A stretch of DNA of 61,024 nt, the filler included, from an uncultured bacterium (GTDB lineage: Bacteria > CAYJOG01), in the NCBI GenBank assembly GCA_964371695.1. It is 5 parts of 5 records of this genome, joined end to end, with 100 filler letters (N's around TTAATTAATTAA, not from the genome) between each part and the next. Parts side by side here need not be neighbours in the genome. Positions count along the whole stretch, not along the records: positions 24,817 to 36,882 come from CAYJOG010000039.1; positions 36,983 to 48,962 come from CAYJOG010000040.1; 3 more parts are not named here. The stretch is one strand, 5' to 3'. Positions 29,601-38,863 of this stretch are shown in pieces. Positions within the stretch are counted from its first letter, which is position 1. Every line of letters starts with the position of its first letter. The translations under genes were made by a program, and so were the position numbers. The notes below the pieces were generated by a model, which was not told the origin of the DNA, made no database searches, and was given only the letters and a program-made list of their open reading frames with translations.

Positions 29601-30131
29601 GTGAAAACTGCTGGTGAGCGAAATGATGGTGTGGTTGCCCGTTTTGACCCGCGCCAGCTTGAAGGCGGCCTCCACCGATTCCGCCCCGGAGTTGGCGTAA
29701 ACGGTGTGATAGACCGGGGCGCGGCGGGCCAGGTCGTCCATGTAATCCTGCAGGTTCTTTTTGGGGCGCACCTCGCCCTTGAAATAAACCTTGGGGGGCT
29801 GGGGGCAGAGGTCGCTCAGCCGACGGGCCAGTTTTTCGGCCAGGGGGTTGACCGTGCCACCGGCAAAACCGGGCAGTTGCTGAAAAGCCTCGCTGCGGGT
29901 GAGTTCCCGCAGCCGGGGATAATTGTGGCCAAAGGGCAGCGATCCATAACCGCTCACCATGTCCAGCACTTTTTCGCCTTCTTCGGTGATCAGAAAAGAG
30001 CCTTCGCCGCGCAAATAGGGTTTGTCCAGCGCGAGTGCGTGCAGCAGCCCGTTGAGGGTGGGATTGCTGTAGAAGCAGTCGGTGAGGTGTTGAATGGGGC
30101 CTTCAACAGTCAGTGTTTGTTTTTCGGACAT
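26694..30131 (-). CDS. Class III aminotransferase fused to an acyl-ACP-reductase-like domain
   Basis: NSGAESVEAA, SFHGKT, EPIQGEGG, DEVQTG, LAKAL (PLP Lys). C-terminal FFVHPL, GAYTSIV, TSGNSFT, AASGNIG, DVARP, DGG, YACMSE. Confidence 0.85.
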   Translation of the reverse strand: MSEKQTLTVEGPIQHLTDCFYSNPTLNGLLHALALDKPYLRGEGSFLITEEGEKVLDMVSGYGSLPFGHNYPRLRELTRSEAFQQLPGFAGGTVNPLAEKLARRLSDLCPQPPKVYFKGEVRPKKNLQDYMDDLARRAPVYHTVYANSGAESVEAAFKLARVKTGNHTIISLTSSFHGKTLSSLSATGQPKFQVAGYSPVEGHDYLPANDLEALKERLLLHDQGVAAKKVLNVLWGVGGASIHNEDTRKEVTRIAAEGSLPFNFFNLEKSEQDLRQLAKQTVAAMIVEPIQGEGGVRPLQEDYILGARKLCQQKGVLFILDEVQTGLGRTGYLFAHQRFKGLTWDMMTLAKALGAGEFPTAALLVHEDAWDDHFGIIHTSTFAGSSRACALADCVLDILQDEENDGLFMKEIQRKGQMFKSLLLALKAELDEELKAIYAKHGQTYDGPGLITDVRGEGLMLGIELGTLYEFNESILRELASQGGLTALLASYLLNACGVRVAPTLSNSHVLRLQAPLTVTDEEIHYAVASLRRALGMVRRNNLYELSRHLVQKTVTVDPKDAKDFLDPSKRIPQPEETEGLLKVGFFVHPLDPRNFGEFDPALAQFSTRENPETREAPEINRLWNRIEAVLDPFTINVVKLTANSGEEILYRFQSVAETAQGFMDKLQSYGEEYAALQLEKGAVDPAAVGHLQRDSALYAMEKITKTKLLPGLETLKNWGASILGCGAYTSIVSNQCLFLSNHGLGVTSGNSFTCATSIQGAAVGAVKMNIDLRTARAAVVAASGNIGRLAARLITQDVPYLTLIGNPKKDFDSEVKPKMEELAFVIYEDAVALLDEATEAAGGVEKVNASGLKGLALALWEDEEIKRMLYGSDRNLKTRTEIGRQIHRLLQSRRAANPAYQPWVDFTINYNVLAGQDIIISASSDVGTIIEPHHLRPGCVVVDVARPQDVSKRVADLRPDVLVMDGGVLKLPNLESFGWNFGYGFTPLAYACMSETALMGWAGHTGHLSHGPYLHMKDITLTRQWASKFGVELAGIRSFERPVSDEHVQAKLQKAQAVNARLAEKGLAWEDMVHQVFEKKLESLATAEDVHRMIQDLPEDVRRERNLLTVSLGSVKRQLSHYKNLVAGFQTSSVIAEMIQPKSA

Positions 30132-30193
30132 GGCAGAGCCTTTCCCGCAGAAATAATTGGTCCGCGTGAGAAGATTTGTTCCGTGAGACAACA

Positions 30194-31297
30194 TTAGCGC
30201 GTCAGGAGCCTGTGCGCCAACAACAGGCAAGAGCCCAGCAGCACAAGCAAAATGTTCTGGCTCCAGGCCAGCAGGGGAATGGTCCAGACCCCCAGATAGG
30301 GTTCCACCACGCCCTTCACCGCCAGGCCCCGCGCCACCGCCATGATGCCCCAATAAAAACTCACAAAAAACACACATAAAACGGCGTTGAAGAGTTGCTC
30401 CTGACGGCCCAGCCGATAACCCAGCGGCAGCGTGAGCAGCACAATCACCACGCAACTGAATGGAAAACTGTAGCGCATCTGGCGCTCCACCAGCAGTTCG
30501 CGGAACTCAAGCCCCCCCTGTTTTTTGAAACGGATCTGACCCGCCAGCTCCTTGAGGGTGAGCAAAGGGGCAGGGCGGCTGGCGGTGAGGAAGTTTTCAA
30601 AGGGCCATTTCACCTGCAGGGTGCGGGGCAGGATTTTTTCTCCCTGCTCAAACCCTTTTTTTTGCCAGTTGCCCGAGGCGCCCGCGCCGAGGGTGAGTTG
30701 GTCTTTTTGCCACGAGGCCGAGGCCGCAGTGACAAACCCCGTGACCTGGCCTTCTTTTTGGCGCAGCAGCACCACATTGGTGAGTTGGCCGGTGGTGGTG
30801 TCCAGCGTGCCGGCATAGAGCATTCTTTCCTGGTCCAGCCGCAGGGCCACTTCGTTCAACACTTTTTCCTGGCCGGTTTGCTCTACATAGGTTTCGCGCA
30901 GGTGCTGGTGTTCCACCTGCCAGGGAATGACGGATTTTTCGCGAAATACCCACAGCAGCCCGGCGAGCAGAAGCCCCAGCGTGAGATAGGGCACAAAAAG
31001 CCGGGCGGGCCACACGCCGCTCCAGAACATGGCGGGGGTTTCCAGTTCGCGGCTGTGACGGCCCGCCGAGAGAAACACGGCAAAGAGCAGCGCTCCCGGC
31101 AGGGCGTCCAGCGTGAGTTTGGGCAACTGGGTGACAAAGAGCCGCCACACCACCTCGCCCGCAAGTTTCTGGGTATAAAGCTGGTCAAACGCCTCAAACA
31201 CCACGCGGCTTGAAATCAGCACAAACACAAAGGTGCCCAGGCCCGCCCAGAAAAGCCAAAAGGTTTCACGCCACAAATATCGGTCCAGAATCCGCAA
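30194..31297 (-). CDS. LptF/LptG family permease
   Basis: ILDRYL, 3 TM + periplasmic domain + 3 TM, ELxAM..SG signature. Confidence 0.85.
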   Translation of the reverse strand: MRILDRYLWRETFWLFWAGLGTFVFVLISSRVVFEAFDQLYTQKLAGEVVWRLFVTQLPKLTLDALPGALLFAVFLSAGRHSRELETPAMFWSGVWPARLFVPYLTLGLLLAGLLWVFREKSVIPWQVEHQHLRETYVEQTGQEKVLNEVALRLDQERMLYAGTLDTTTGQLTNVVLLRQKEGQVTGFVTAASASWQKDQLTLGAGASGNWQKKGFEQGEKILPRTLQVKWPFENFLTASRPAPLLTLKELAGQIRFKKQGGLEFRELLVERQMRYSFPFSCVVIVLLTLPLGYRLGRQEQLFNAVLCVFFVSFYWGIMAVARGLAVKGVVEPYLGVWTIPLLAWSQNILLVLLGSCLLLAHRLLTR

Positions 31298-31321
31298 GCG
31301 AAGAGAGTTTAGCGGTAGCGG

Positions 31322-32401
31322 CTATTTTTGCAGATCCATGACAAACCGGTGCAGGTTTCCAAAGCTGTGCATGTCAAAACCATGCAGGGCGATGACGGGG
31401 CGCACGCGGGGGTTCTGCAACCGCCATATCTGCCCCTGCGCGCGCAGCACCAAATGGCCGTTGGTCTTCTCCAAGATGTCCTCGTCGTTCACCAGAAAAA
31501 ACTCTGGCCCGGTCAGGTCCGCCACGTCCACCAGGGTGGTCAGTTCCACCAATTTGCACATTTCCTTGTAGGGCGCCATGGTCTGGTTGATGTGTTCCTG
31601 GGTAAAGGGGTGTTTGCGATCCAGGCTCAACAGCACCAGCTTGCGGTTGCGAAAATAACGCACGGTGCTGAGGTGCTTGTAGAAGTGGTCAAAAACCGCC
31701 AGGGCTTCTTCGGCGGTGTGGGCGGAATGGACCAGATATTGGTCCTGTTCAGAGATCACGCCTTCTGCCAGCATCAGTTCCTGGGCGGGCAGCCAGAACT
31801 TCTCCCAAAAGTCTTTGCCCAGAAACACCACCGGGCGCAGGGTGAGTTTGCCTGTTTGAATGAGCGTGAGGAACTCAAAGGTTTCATCCATGGTGCCAAA
31901 CCCGCCGGGCAGGCAAAAGAGCGCCAGACCAAACCGGGCAAACACATATTTGCGGGCGAAGAAATAGTGAAAGTTGATGAGCTTGCCCCGGCGGGGTGGG
32001 GGCGTGCGGCCCGGATGCACCTGCCGGTGTACCGTGAGCGCCGGGTTGGCAGACTGTTCGAAGGGCAGGGTGATGTTGAAACCCGACACCAACCGGGCGG
32101 GGTCCAGACCCAGATCCTTGCAGGCCCTGAGCGCCCCCACGTTGCCCGCCTCCATGATGCCTGGCCCGCCGCCGGTGATCACCCCCACCTCCCGCTTGAT
32201 CAGGCCATAGGCCAGTTCTTCGGTCATCTGGTAATAGGGGTTGTCGGGCTTGAAACGGGCCGAGCCGAAAATGAGCGCGTGGCGGGTGCGCCCGAACTGG
32301 AGCATTTTGAGGATGGCGTAGCTCAGTTCGGTGCTGGCGCGGTTGATGCGGGCGATGTCGTGGTCGCTGTCGTCCCAGAATTTAACCAGTTCGTCTCTCA
32401 T
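31322..32401 (-). CDS. LOG family protein with C-terminal extension
   Basis: IFGSAR, ITGGGPGIMEA, LPFEQ, FFARK, PGGFGTMDE. Confidence 0.9.
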   Translation of the reverse strand: MRDELVKFWDDSDHDIARINRASTELSYAILKMLQFGRTRHALIFGSARFKPDNPYYQMTEELAYGLIKREVGVITGGGPGIMEAGNVGALRACKDLGLDPARLVSGFNITLPFEQSANPALTVHRQVHPGRTPPPRRGKLINFHYFFARKYVFARFGLALFCLPGGFGTMDETFEFLTLIQTGKLTLRPVVFLGKDFWEKFWLPAQELMLAEGVISEQDQYLVHSAHTAEEALAVFDHFYKHLSTVRYFRNRKLVLLSLDRKHPFTQEHINQTMAPYKEMCKLVELTTLVDVADLTGPEFFLVNDEDILEKTNGHLVLRAQGQIWRLQNPRVRPVIALHGFDMHSFGNLHRFVMDLQK

Positions 32402-32462
32402 GAGGATTTGGGGGGAGGCTGCGGGGGAAACATGAAAAAAGGGTCGGTTTTTGATGAACGGG

Positions 32463-34013
32463 TTATTTCGCGTATTCCACGGCGGTGAACTCCCGCACCA
32501 CGTTGACGGCGACGGTGCCGGGAAAGGTGAGGTCATCGCTGATTTTCTGCGCCAGTCGGCGCGCCAGTTCGGGCATGTCGGCGTCTTTGAAGCGGTGGGG
32601 GTTCACATGGGCGCGCACCTCGCGCCCGGCGCTGGCCACAAAACCCCGCTCCACCTCTTTAAAGCTGGCCAGGATATTTCTCAGGCCATCCAGGCGTTCA
32701 AAATAATTGTCCTTGGATTCATAACGCGCACCGGGGCGTGAAGCACTGATGGCGTCGCCCACCTGCACGGCCACGGCTTCCAGCGAGCGGGGTTCTTCCT
32801 CAAAGTGGTGATAGGCCACGGCGTTCACCACCACGTCCGGTTCGTTGAACTGGCGGGTGAGGTCCTGGCCCACCTCGACGTGGCTTTTCTCCAGCTCTAC
32901 GTTGATGCTTTTGCCCACGTCGTGCAAAAGACCGGCACGGCGCGCCAGGGCGGCGTCCAACCCCAGTTCCGAGCAGATGGCTCCCGCCATCATGGCGACC
33001 TCCACCGTGTGGCCCAGAGCGTTCTGGCCAAAACTGGTGCGATATTTCAGCTTGCCCACATAACGCAGCAGTTCGGGATGCACACCGCGCACCCGCACCA
33101 GTTCCATGGCTTTTTTGCCTTCCTCCACCAGGGCTTTTTCGAAATAGGCCGTGGCTTCGTCATAAATGCTGAGAACAATGTCCCGGTCAATCCGCTTTTC
33201 TTCAATCAGGCCAATCAGCGTGAGGCGGGCCAATTCGCTGGCCACCAGGTCCTGACCCTGAATACTCAGATCCCGGCCGTTTTCAAAGGCGGTGATGCGC
33301 GCCCCCAGCAGGGTTTCCACCAGTCCGGTAATGCGCCCGTTGCCGTCTTGCACCAGTTTTTGGGCGGCCTTTTTGGGCAGCTTAAGAGACACACTGCCCG
33401 AAAGGTTGTAGGGGTGTTTGGGCATGCGGGGCAGCACGGTGGAAACAGTGGCTTTGCCGATGCCGGTGGGGGAAGCCTCCAGGGTCTGGATTTCATCCCG
33501 CAGACGCTGGGCGGTGTCTTCTTCCACCTCGGCGCGCAGTGTGCGCACTTTTTCATCCAGCAACTGACGGCGGGTGAGGCCCGCCTGGGCCTCGATGCGC
33601 TGCACCAGACCGTCGCGCAGTTCCCGCAGGGTGCGGCGGCGCTCCAGAAAACTCCGCTCGCGGGTTTTGTATTCCTGAAAGCTTTCTTTCTGCAGAACCT
33701 CGCGGGTTTGCAGGCGTTCCTCCAGAATATCCACCTGGGCCTGACGGTCTGCCAAACTTGCCGAGAGGTCGGTCTCATCCTCGGCCAGTTCTTCTTCCAG
33801 TTCGCGGGTCAGGTCTTCTTCGCTCTGGCGGGCTTCGGCCAGTTCTTCGTGAAACTGCTTTTTGAGCAGCTTCAGGGTGGGGTCTGTATCCAGCGGGCCG
33901 GATTCATCGTCCACGGCAAAAAACTGCTTGCCGAACACCTTCAGCGCAAGCCAGCCCGCGCCAGCCCCCAGCAGCAGGCCACCCAGCCCCATCAACACGG
34001 TGGTTCCGTCCAT
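32463..34013 (-). CDS. rny: Ribonuclease Y
   Basis: N-terminal TM, coiled coil, degenerate KH, HD domain (RTSFGQN..H, LLHDVGK, HH, DAISASRPGAR), AGREVR. Confidence 0.9.
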   Translation of the reverse strand: MDGTTVLMGLGGLLLGAGAGWLALKVFGKQFFAVDDESGPLDTDPTLKLLKKQFHEELAEARQSEEDLTRELEEELAEDETDLSASLADRQAQVDILEERLQTREVLQKESFQEYKTRERSFLERRRTLRELRDGLVQRIEAQAGLTRRQLLDEKVRTLRAEVEEDTAQRLRDEIQTLEASPTGIGKATVSTVLPRMPKHPYNLSGSVSLKLPKKAAQKLVQDGNGRITGLVETLLGARITAFENGRDLSIQGQDLVASELARLTLIGLIEEKRIDRDIVLSIYDEATAYFEKALVEEGKKAMELVRVRGVHPELLRYVGKLKYRTSFGQNALGHTVEVAMMAGAICSELGLDAALARRAGLLHDVGKSINVELEKSHVEVGQDLTRQFNEPDVVVNAVAYHHFEEEPRSLEAVAVQVGDAISASRPGARYESKDNYFERLDGLRNILASFKEVERGFVASAGREVRAHVNPHRFKDADMPELARRLAQKISDDLTFPGTVAVNVVREFTAVEYAK

Positions 34014-34139
34014 CAGCGCTATTTAACCACAGCAGGCGCGGGTGAACAGGGAAATGTCCTCAAGACTTTGGAGAATGAAGCCTTGGGTTAAACTATCGCC
34101 GCTTTCGCGCCAGCACCCGCTGGGCACCAAGGAGAGTCC

Positions 34140-35318
34140 ATGAAACGCAGCAAACGCCTCAATCGCGTGCCCCCTTACCTGTTCGCCGAAATTGACAAAC
34201 TCAAGGCCCAGGCCATCGCCGAGGGCAAGGATGTCATCAGCTTCGGCATTGGCGACCCAGACCTGCCCACGCCCCCGGAGGTCATCGAAACCCTCACCCG
34301 CGAGGCCCACAACGCCGCCAATCATCAATATCCCAGTTATGAAGGCATGGCTGTTTTTCGCCGTGAGGTGGCGGCGTGGTACATGCGGCGATTTGGTGTG
34401 TCGCTGGACCCGGAGAACGAGGTGCTGGCCCTGATTGGCAGCAAAGAGGGCATCGCCCACATCAATCTGGGGCTTTTCGACCCAGGCGACACCGTGCTGG
34501 TGCCAGACCCCGGTTATCCCGTTTATGAAGTGGGGGCGATTCTGGCGGGGGCCGAGCCGGTGCGGTTTCCCCTGACGTTTGAAGACGATTACCGGCCGGA
34601 TTTCTCAAAAATCCCGGCGGATGTGGCGGGTGAGGCCAGCGCCATCTGGCTGAACTATCCCAACAACCCCACCAGCAGCATTGTGCCGCTGGCGGTTTAT
34701 GAAGAAGCCGTGGCTTTTTGCAAAAAACACAACCTGATTCTGTTGCACGACGCGGCTTATACCGAAGTCTATTTTGACGAGAAAGCCAAACCCGTGAGCG
34801 TGATGCAGGTCGCCGGGGCCAAGGATGTGGCCGTGGAGTTTCACAGCCTGAGCAAAACCGCCAACATGACCGGCTGGCGCATTGGCATGGCCGTGGGCAA
34901 CGCCGAGGTGCTGCAGGCGCTGGGCACCATCAAAACCAATGTAGACAGCGGTGTGTTCCAGGCCATTCAGCACGCGGCCATCACGGCGCTGAACCTGCCC
35001 GAAAGCACGCAGGCCGCCATGCGCAAAACCTATCAGGGGCGGCGCGACGCCCTGGCGGCGGGCCTGCGGGAGTTGGGGTTTGAGTTTCACCTGCCCAGGG
35101 CCACGTTCTATTTCTGGGTCAAAAACCCGCCGGGCATCGGCAGCGCGGAGTTCGCCAAAAAAATGCTGGCCGACTGCGCGCTCATCGTCACCCCCGGCAC
35201 CGGTTATGGCCCCGCCGGAGAAGGGTTTTTTCGCATGACATTCACCCTGCCCGAAGAGCGCATCCGCCAGGGTATTGACCGTATGAAACAGGCGGGTTAT
35301 CGCGGAGGTCTGGCATAA
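34140..35318 (+). CDS. dapL: LL-diaminopimelate aminotransferase
   Basis: PPYLFAEID, GIGDPD, LIGSKEG, NYPNNPT, HDAAY, SLSKT.NMTGWR. Confidence 0.85.
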   Translation: MKRSKRLNRVPPYLFAEIDKLKAQAIAEGKDVISFGIGDPDLPTPPEVIETLTREAHNAANHQYPSYEGMAVFRREVAAWYMRRFGVSLDPENEVLALIGSKEGIAHINLGLFDPGDTVLVPDPGYPVYEVGAILAGAEPVRFPLTFEDDYRPDFSKIPADVAGEASAIWLNYPNNPTSSIVPLAVYEEAVAFCKKHNLILLHDAAYTEVYFDEKAKPVSVMQVAGAKDVAVEFHSLSKTANMTGWRIGMAVGNAEVLQALGTIKTNVDSGVFQAIQHAAITALNLPESTQAAMRKTYQGRRDALAAGLRELGFEFHLPRATFYFWVKNPPGIGSAEFAKKMLADCALIVTPGTGYGPAGEGFFRMTFTLPEERIRQGIDRMKQAGYRGGLA

Positions 35319-35338
35319 ACCCTGTCTGGGGCCTGGCC

Positions 35339-36172
35339 ATGCAACTGCGTCAATCTCCCATCGGACTGCTCGACAGCGGCGTTGGCGGCTTCACCCTGCT
35401 GCGGGAGCTTCAGCGGGCTTTTCCTGAAGAAGATTTTGTGTATGTGGCCGACACGGCCAATTTCCCTTTGGGGGACAAACCCGAAGAAGACGTGCGCCAG
35501 AGCGGCCTGAAACTGGTGGACGCCCTGGTGCGCCAGGGCTGCAAGCTGATCGTGATTGCCTGCAACACGCTCTCTGGCCTGCTGCTGGATGAAGACCCGG
35601 AGGGCAAAACCCAGGTGCAGCACCTGCGGGTGCCCATTGTGGGCGTCATCAACTACGGCTGCCTTTCGGCGGCCCTTTATGTCAGCCACACATTCAACAT
35701 CGGCCTCATGGCCACCCAGCGCACCATCGGCCAGGGCATGTACGAAAAAGCCCTGCAACGGTTTGACCCCACCTTGCAGCTCACCAGTGTCTCGTGCAGC
35801 AAGCTGATTCCATTGCTCGAAGAAGGCCAGTTGGGCAGTCCGGCCACGTTTCATGTGGTGGAGGAAATCGTGGCCCCGCTGCGAGACGCCCAAGTGGACA
35901 CCATCATCCTTGGCTGCACCCACCTGCCTTTGGTGCGGGACATCATTCAGGAGGTGGCCGGGGCCTCGGTGACACTCATTGACCCGGCCAAACGCACGGT
36001 GGCCGTGGTGCGCAAACTGCTGGTGGACAAAGACCTGCTGCGCACCGAACCAGAGCGCACAGGCAACGTGTCATTTTTCAGCAGCGGCGACCCGGAGGCG
36101 TTTGCGCCCCGGCTGATGATGCTGGACCTGTCCCATCCGGGAGATTTCACCGTGAGGGCGTTGCCGCAATGA
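35339..36172 (+). CDS. murI: Glutamate racemase
   Basis: DSGVGG, IACNT, LGCTH. Confidence 0.95.
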   Translation: MQLRQSPIGLLDSGVGGFTLLRELQRAFPEEDFVYVADTANFPLGDKPEEDVRQSGLKLVDALVRQGCKLIVIACNTLSGLLLDEDPEGKTQVQHLRVPIVGVINYGCLSAALYVSHTFNIGLMATQRTIGQGMYEKALQRFDPTLQLTSVSCSKLIPLLEEGQLGSPATFHVVEEIVAPLRDAQVDTIILGCTHLPLVRDIIQEVAGASVTLIDPAKRTVAVVRKLLVDKDLLRTEPERTGNVSFFSSGDPEAFAPRLMMLDLSHPGDFTVRALPQ

Positions 36173-36882
36173 ACTGGTTGCTGGCGCTGGGTCTGGTGCT
36201 GGCGGCGGTGCTGGGGTTGGGGGCATGGTGGATTTCGCGACAGTTCCGCATTGGCCTGAAGGCTGCCGGGCAGGCCGCCATGGATGTGCTGTCGGCCACC
36301 GACGCCCGTGTTTTTGCCGAGCTTTTTGCCGGCCCTCTGGTGGAAGGAGCGCGGCCGCTCTCCGCCACCCAGGCGGCCCAGGCGCGGGAAGATTTGTCCA
36401 CCCGCGTGCGCCACACATTGTTCCGCACGCAGAAAGAGGCCACCGCAGCACTGGGGGAATATTGGACCGGTCTCACCGAAGGCCAGCGCACACTTTGGAC
36501 CAATGAAGCGGCAGAGAAGCTTTCTGCCCTGCTGGGCCGGGCCTATTACAGCGGTTTTGTGCTGGGCCAGATGTTTGCCCGCCAGGGCTGGTGGGGGCCG
36601 GGGCAGGCCGAGCTGGCCCTGGGGCCGGAACATGCCAAAGAGGCCTATCTGGCCAGAGTGCAAAAACTTTCGCAGTTTCACCCCTGGATGGAGCCTCTGG
36701 TGCGGGAACAATTTGTGCAGGAGGTTCAGTTGCCCGCCATCCAAGGCTTGTGTGCGGTGTATTTGCAGGACGCAGACGCCGAAATGAAAACGACGCAGGA
36801 AAAAAGCCTCCTTTCCATTTTTCAGCAGGCCGCTGCCGAGGCGGTGCTCAAGGGCCTGTTCCACGGCATTGAAGTGCAGGAG
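36169..36882 (+). CDS. Hypothetical membrane-anchored protein (partial)
   Basis: ATGA overlap with murI, N-terminal TM, runs into the linker. Confidence 0.65.
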
Positions 36883-37081
36883 NNNNNNNNNNNNNNNNNN
36901 NNNNNNNNNNNNNNNNNNNNNNNNNNTTAATTAATTAANNNNNNNNNNNNNNNNNNNNNNNNNNNNNNNNNNNNNNNNNNNNTTTACGGGGAGAGGGTGG
37001 CCGCAGGCCGGGTAATGGGCGCGGGAGGTCTTTTGGGACTGCGACATCAACAGGCTTCGCCCCTTCCATTACAATCACACC

Positions 37082-38053
37082 ATGTCCACACACAAAACAC
37101 GATTCCTTCTTCTGGCCCTGCTGCTGGCGCTGGGCATGGCGGCCCCGGCTCTGGCCGCCGAAGGCGTCGTCCTCGGCACCACTCCCCAGGGCGAAATGAT
37201 TGTTTCGCTGGGCGCGAACCAGGGTGTGGCCCTGGGCGCAACACTGGCGCTGATGTATGACGGCGCCGAGGCCGGGCGGCTGGTGATCACCGGTGTCAAA
37301 GCAAACGAGGCCACGGGGGATTTTTTTCTGAAACCGGGCTTTGAGGCCAAGCCCACCTCGGCCATGAAGGCGCTGCTGCTGGGCGCTGCCGCTGCGCCTG
37401 CCCCCCAGGCCGCGCCGCCACCCTCTGCGCCGGCGTCGGCGCCGCCGCCTGCCCGGGCCGCTGCACCCAGCAAAATTGTGCTGGCCGCCGACACCGAAAT
37501 TCACCTGCGCCTGGAACAGGTGCTCAGCTCTCAGAACAACCGCGCCGGCGACAAGGTGCGTTTTTCGGTGCTGGATGCCGTGAAAATCAGCGGCCAGACC
37601 GTGATAGAAAAAGGGGCCGCCGCAGAAGGCGTGGTGTTGGAGGCCCGGCCCGCCAAGGGTTGGGGCAAAAGCGGCAGCCTGGCGTTCAACGCCACACGGG
37701 TGCAGGCCCTGAGCGGCCAGTGGATCGACCTGAGCGCCCAGCCCACGGCCCAGAGCAAAAAGTGGAACGCGGCCAAGACCATTGGCGGCGTGGCGCTTTT
37801 GGGAGCGGCCTTTGGCGGCGGCATGAAGGGCAAAAAAGTGGAGTTTGGCGTGGGCACAGAAGCCGTGGTGTTTGTGGCCCGCAACGTGACCCTCAGCCAG
37901 AAGGGCCAAAGCGGCAGCGGCGCGGGCGCGGATGGCGACTGCGTGGACACCTGCTCTGCATTTGAGGGGGATGTCTTCAAGAAGTGCATCGAAAAATGCA
38001 CCGGCGGCGGCGGGGCGTCTTATGAGGGCTGCACAGGGGCGTATTGTTTTTGA
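37082..38053 (+). CDS. Secreted multi-domain hypothetical protein
   Basis: Signal peptide, small beta domain, Pro/Ala linker, second beta domain, six-Cys tail. Confidence 0.75.
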   Translation: MSTHKTRFLLLALLLALGMAAPALAAEGVVLGTTPQGEMIVSLGANQGVALGATLALMYDGAEAGRLVITGVKANEATGDFFLKPGFEAKPTSAMKALLLGAAAAPAPQAAPPPSAPASAPPPARAAAPSKIVLAADTEIHLRLEQVLSSQNNRAGDKVRFSVLDAVKISGQTVIEKGAAAEGVVLEARPAKGWGKSGSLAFNATRVQALSGQWIDLSAQPTAQSKKWNAAKTIGGVALLGAAFGGGMKGKKVEFGVGTEAVVFVARNVTLSQKGQSGSGAGADGDCVDTCSAFEGDVFKKCIEKCTGGGGASYEGCTGAYCF

Positions 38054-38149
38054 GGGAAGTGGGAAGTGGGAGGCTGGAAACTGGTGGTTGGTAAAAGAAA
38101 AAAGCCCCATCACTCCCCGCCGTCATTCCCGCGAAGGCGGGAATCCAGT
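38054..38149 (+). repeat. Composite repeat: TGGAAGC-like heptamer array + AAAAGAAAAGCCCCATC + palindrome
   Basis: Related copies at 43246-43322 (+) and 45586-45683 (-). Confidence 0.65.
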
Positions 38150-38342
38150 TGAAACAACAAACATCACACCACTTTCTGTTTTCTTTCAGTGGGGCGGGCG
38201 TCCCCGCCCGCCTGAAACAAATTTTTTTTTTTTTTTGGGGGGNNNNNNNNNNNNNNNNNNNNNNNNNNNNNNNNNNNNNNNNNNNNNNNNNNNNNNNNNN
38301 NNGGGCCCCCCCCCCCCCCACTGTCTGTGTTAACCTTTGGCC

Positions 38343-38858
38343 ATGGCCTCGCACGTGCTGGAAACCCTGTGGCCCTGCCACTGGGAACGCATCTACACCA
38401 TCCAGGTGGACTACCCCCTCTCGCACCCGGAGTTCTACGCCCGCGCCCACCCCGACATCGCCGATTTCAACGTGCTCAGCGACGAAATGCAGGGCGACGT
38501 GCGGTATTACCTGTGTGAGTTCATCGCGGCCACCGAGATTCCCCCGGTGGTGCGCCATGTGGTGCGGCCCGACATGCTCAACTGGACACAGGAGGCCTGG
38601 TGGCGCGGCGACACCCTCACCTGCCGCGCCAGGATTCGCCCCAACTTTCTCACCGACTATTTCGACATCCTCAGCGAGTGGCAACTCTTCCCCATGACCG
38701 AAACCCAGACGCGGGAGGTGTGGACCTTTAACGTGGACTGTTCGTTTCCCGTGTTTGGCGGGTTTATCGCGGGGCAGGTACTCTCAAGGGGCGTGGCGTC
38801 TCACATGCGCAACCGCGAGCGTTTTCTGGAACAACTGACCCAGAGCGGCGGGGAATAA
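38343..38858 (+). CDS. Hypothetical protein, possibly START/SRPBCC-like
   Basis: Strong GC3 bias and a helix-grip-like pattern ending FPVFGGFIA + helix. Confidence 0.55.
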   Translation: MASHVLETLWPCHWERIYTIQVDYPLSHPEFYARAHPDIADFNVLSDEMQGDVRYYLCEFIAATEIPPVVRHVVRPDMLNWTQEAWWRGDTLTCRARIRPNFLTDYFDILSEWQLFPMTETQTREVWTFNVDCSFPVFGGFIAGQVLSRGVASHMRNRERFLEQLTQSGGE

Positions 38859-38863
38859 ACCGG

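Noticed and set aside
27-38149. CGTC palindromes as a CRISPR array or integron attC sites
   Set aside because: They are dispersed single copies with no regular spacers, and no cas or integrase gene is present.
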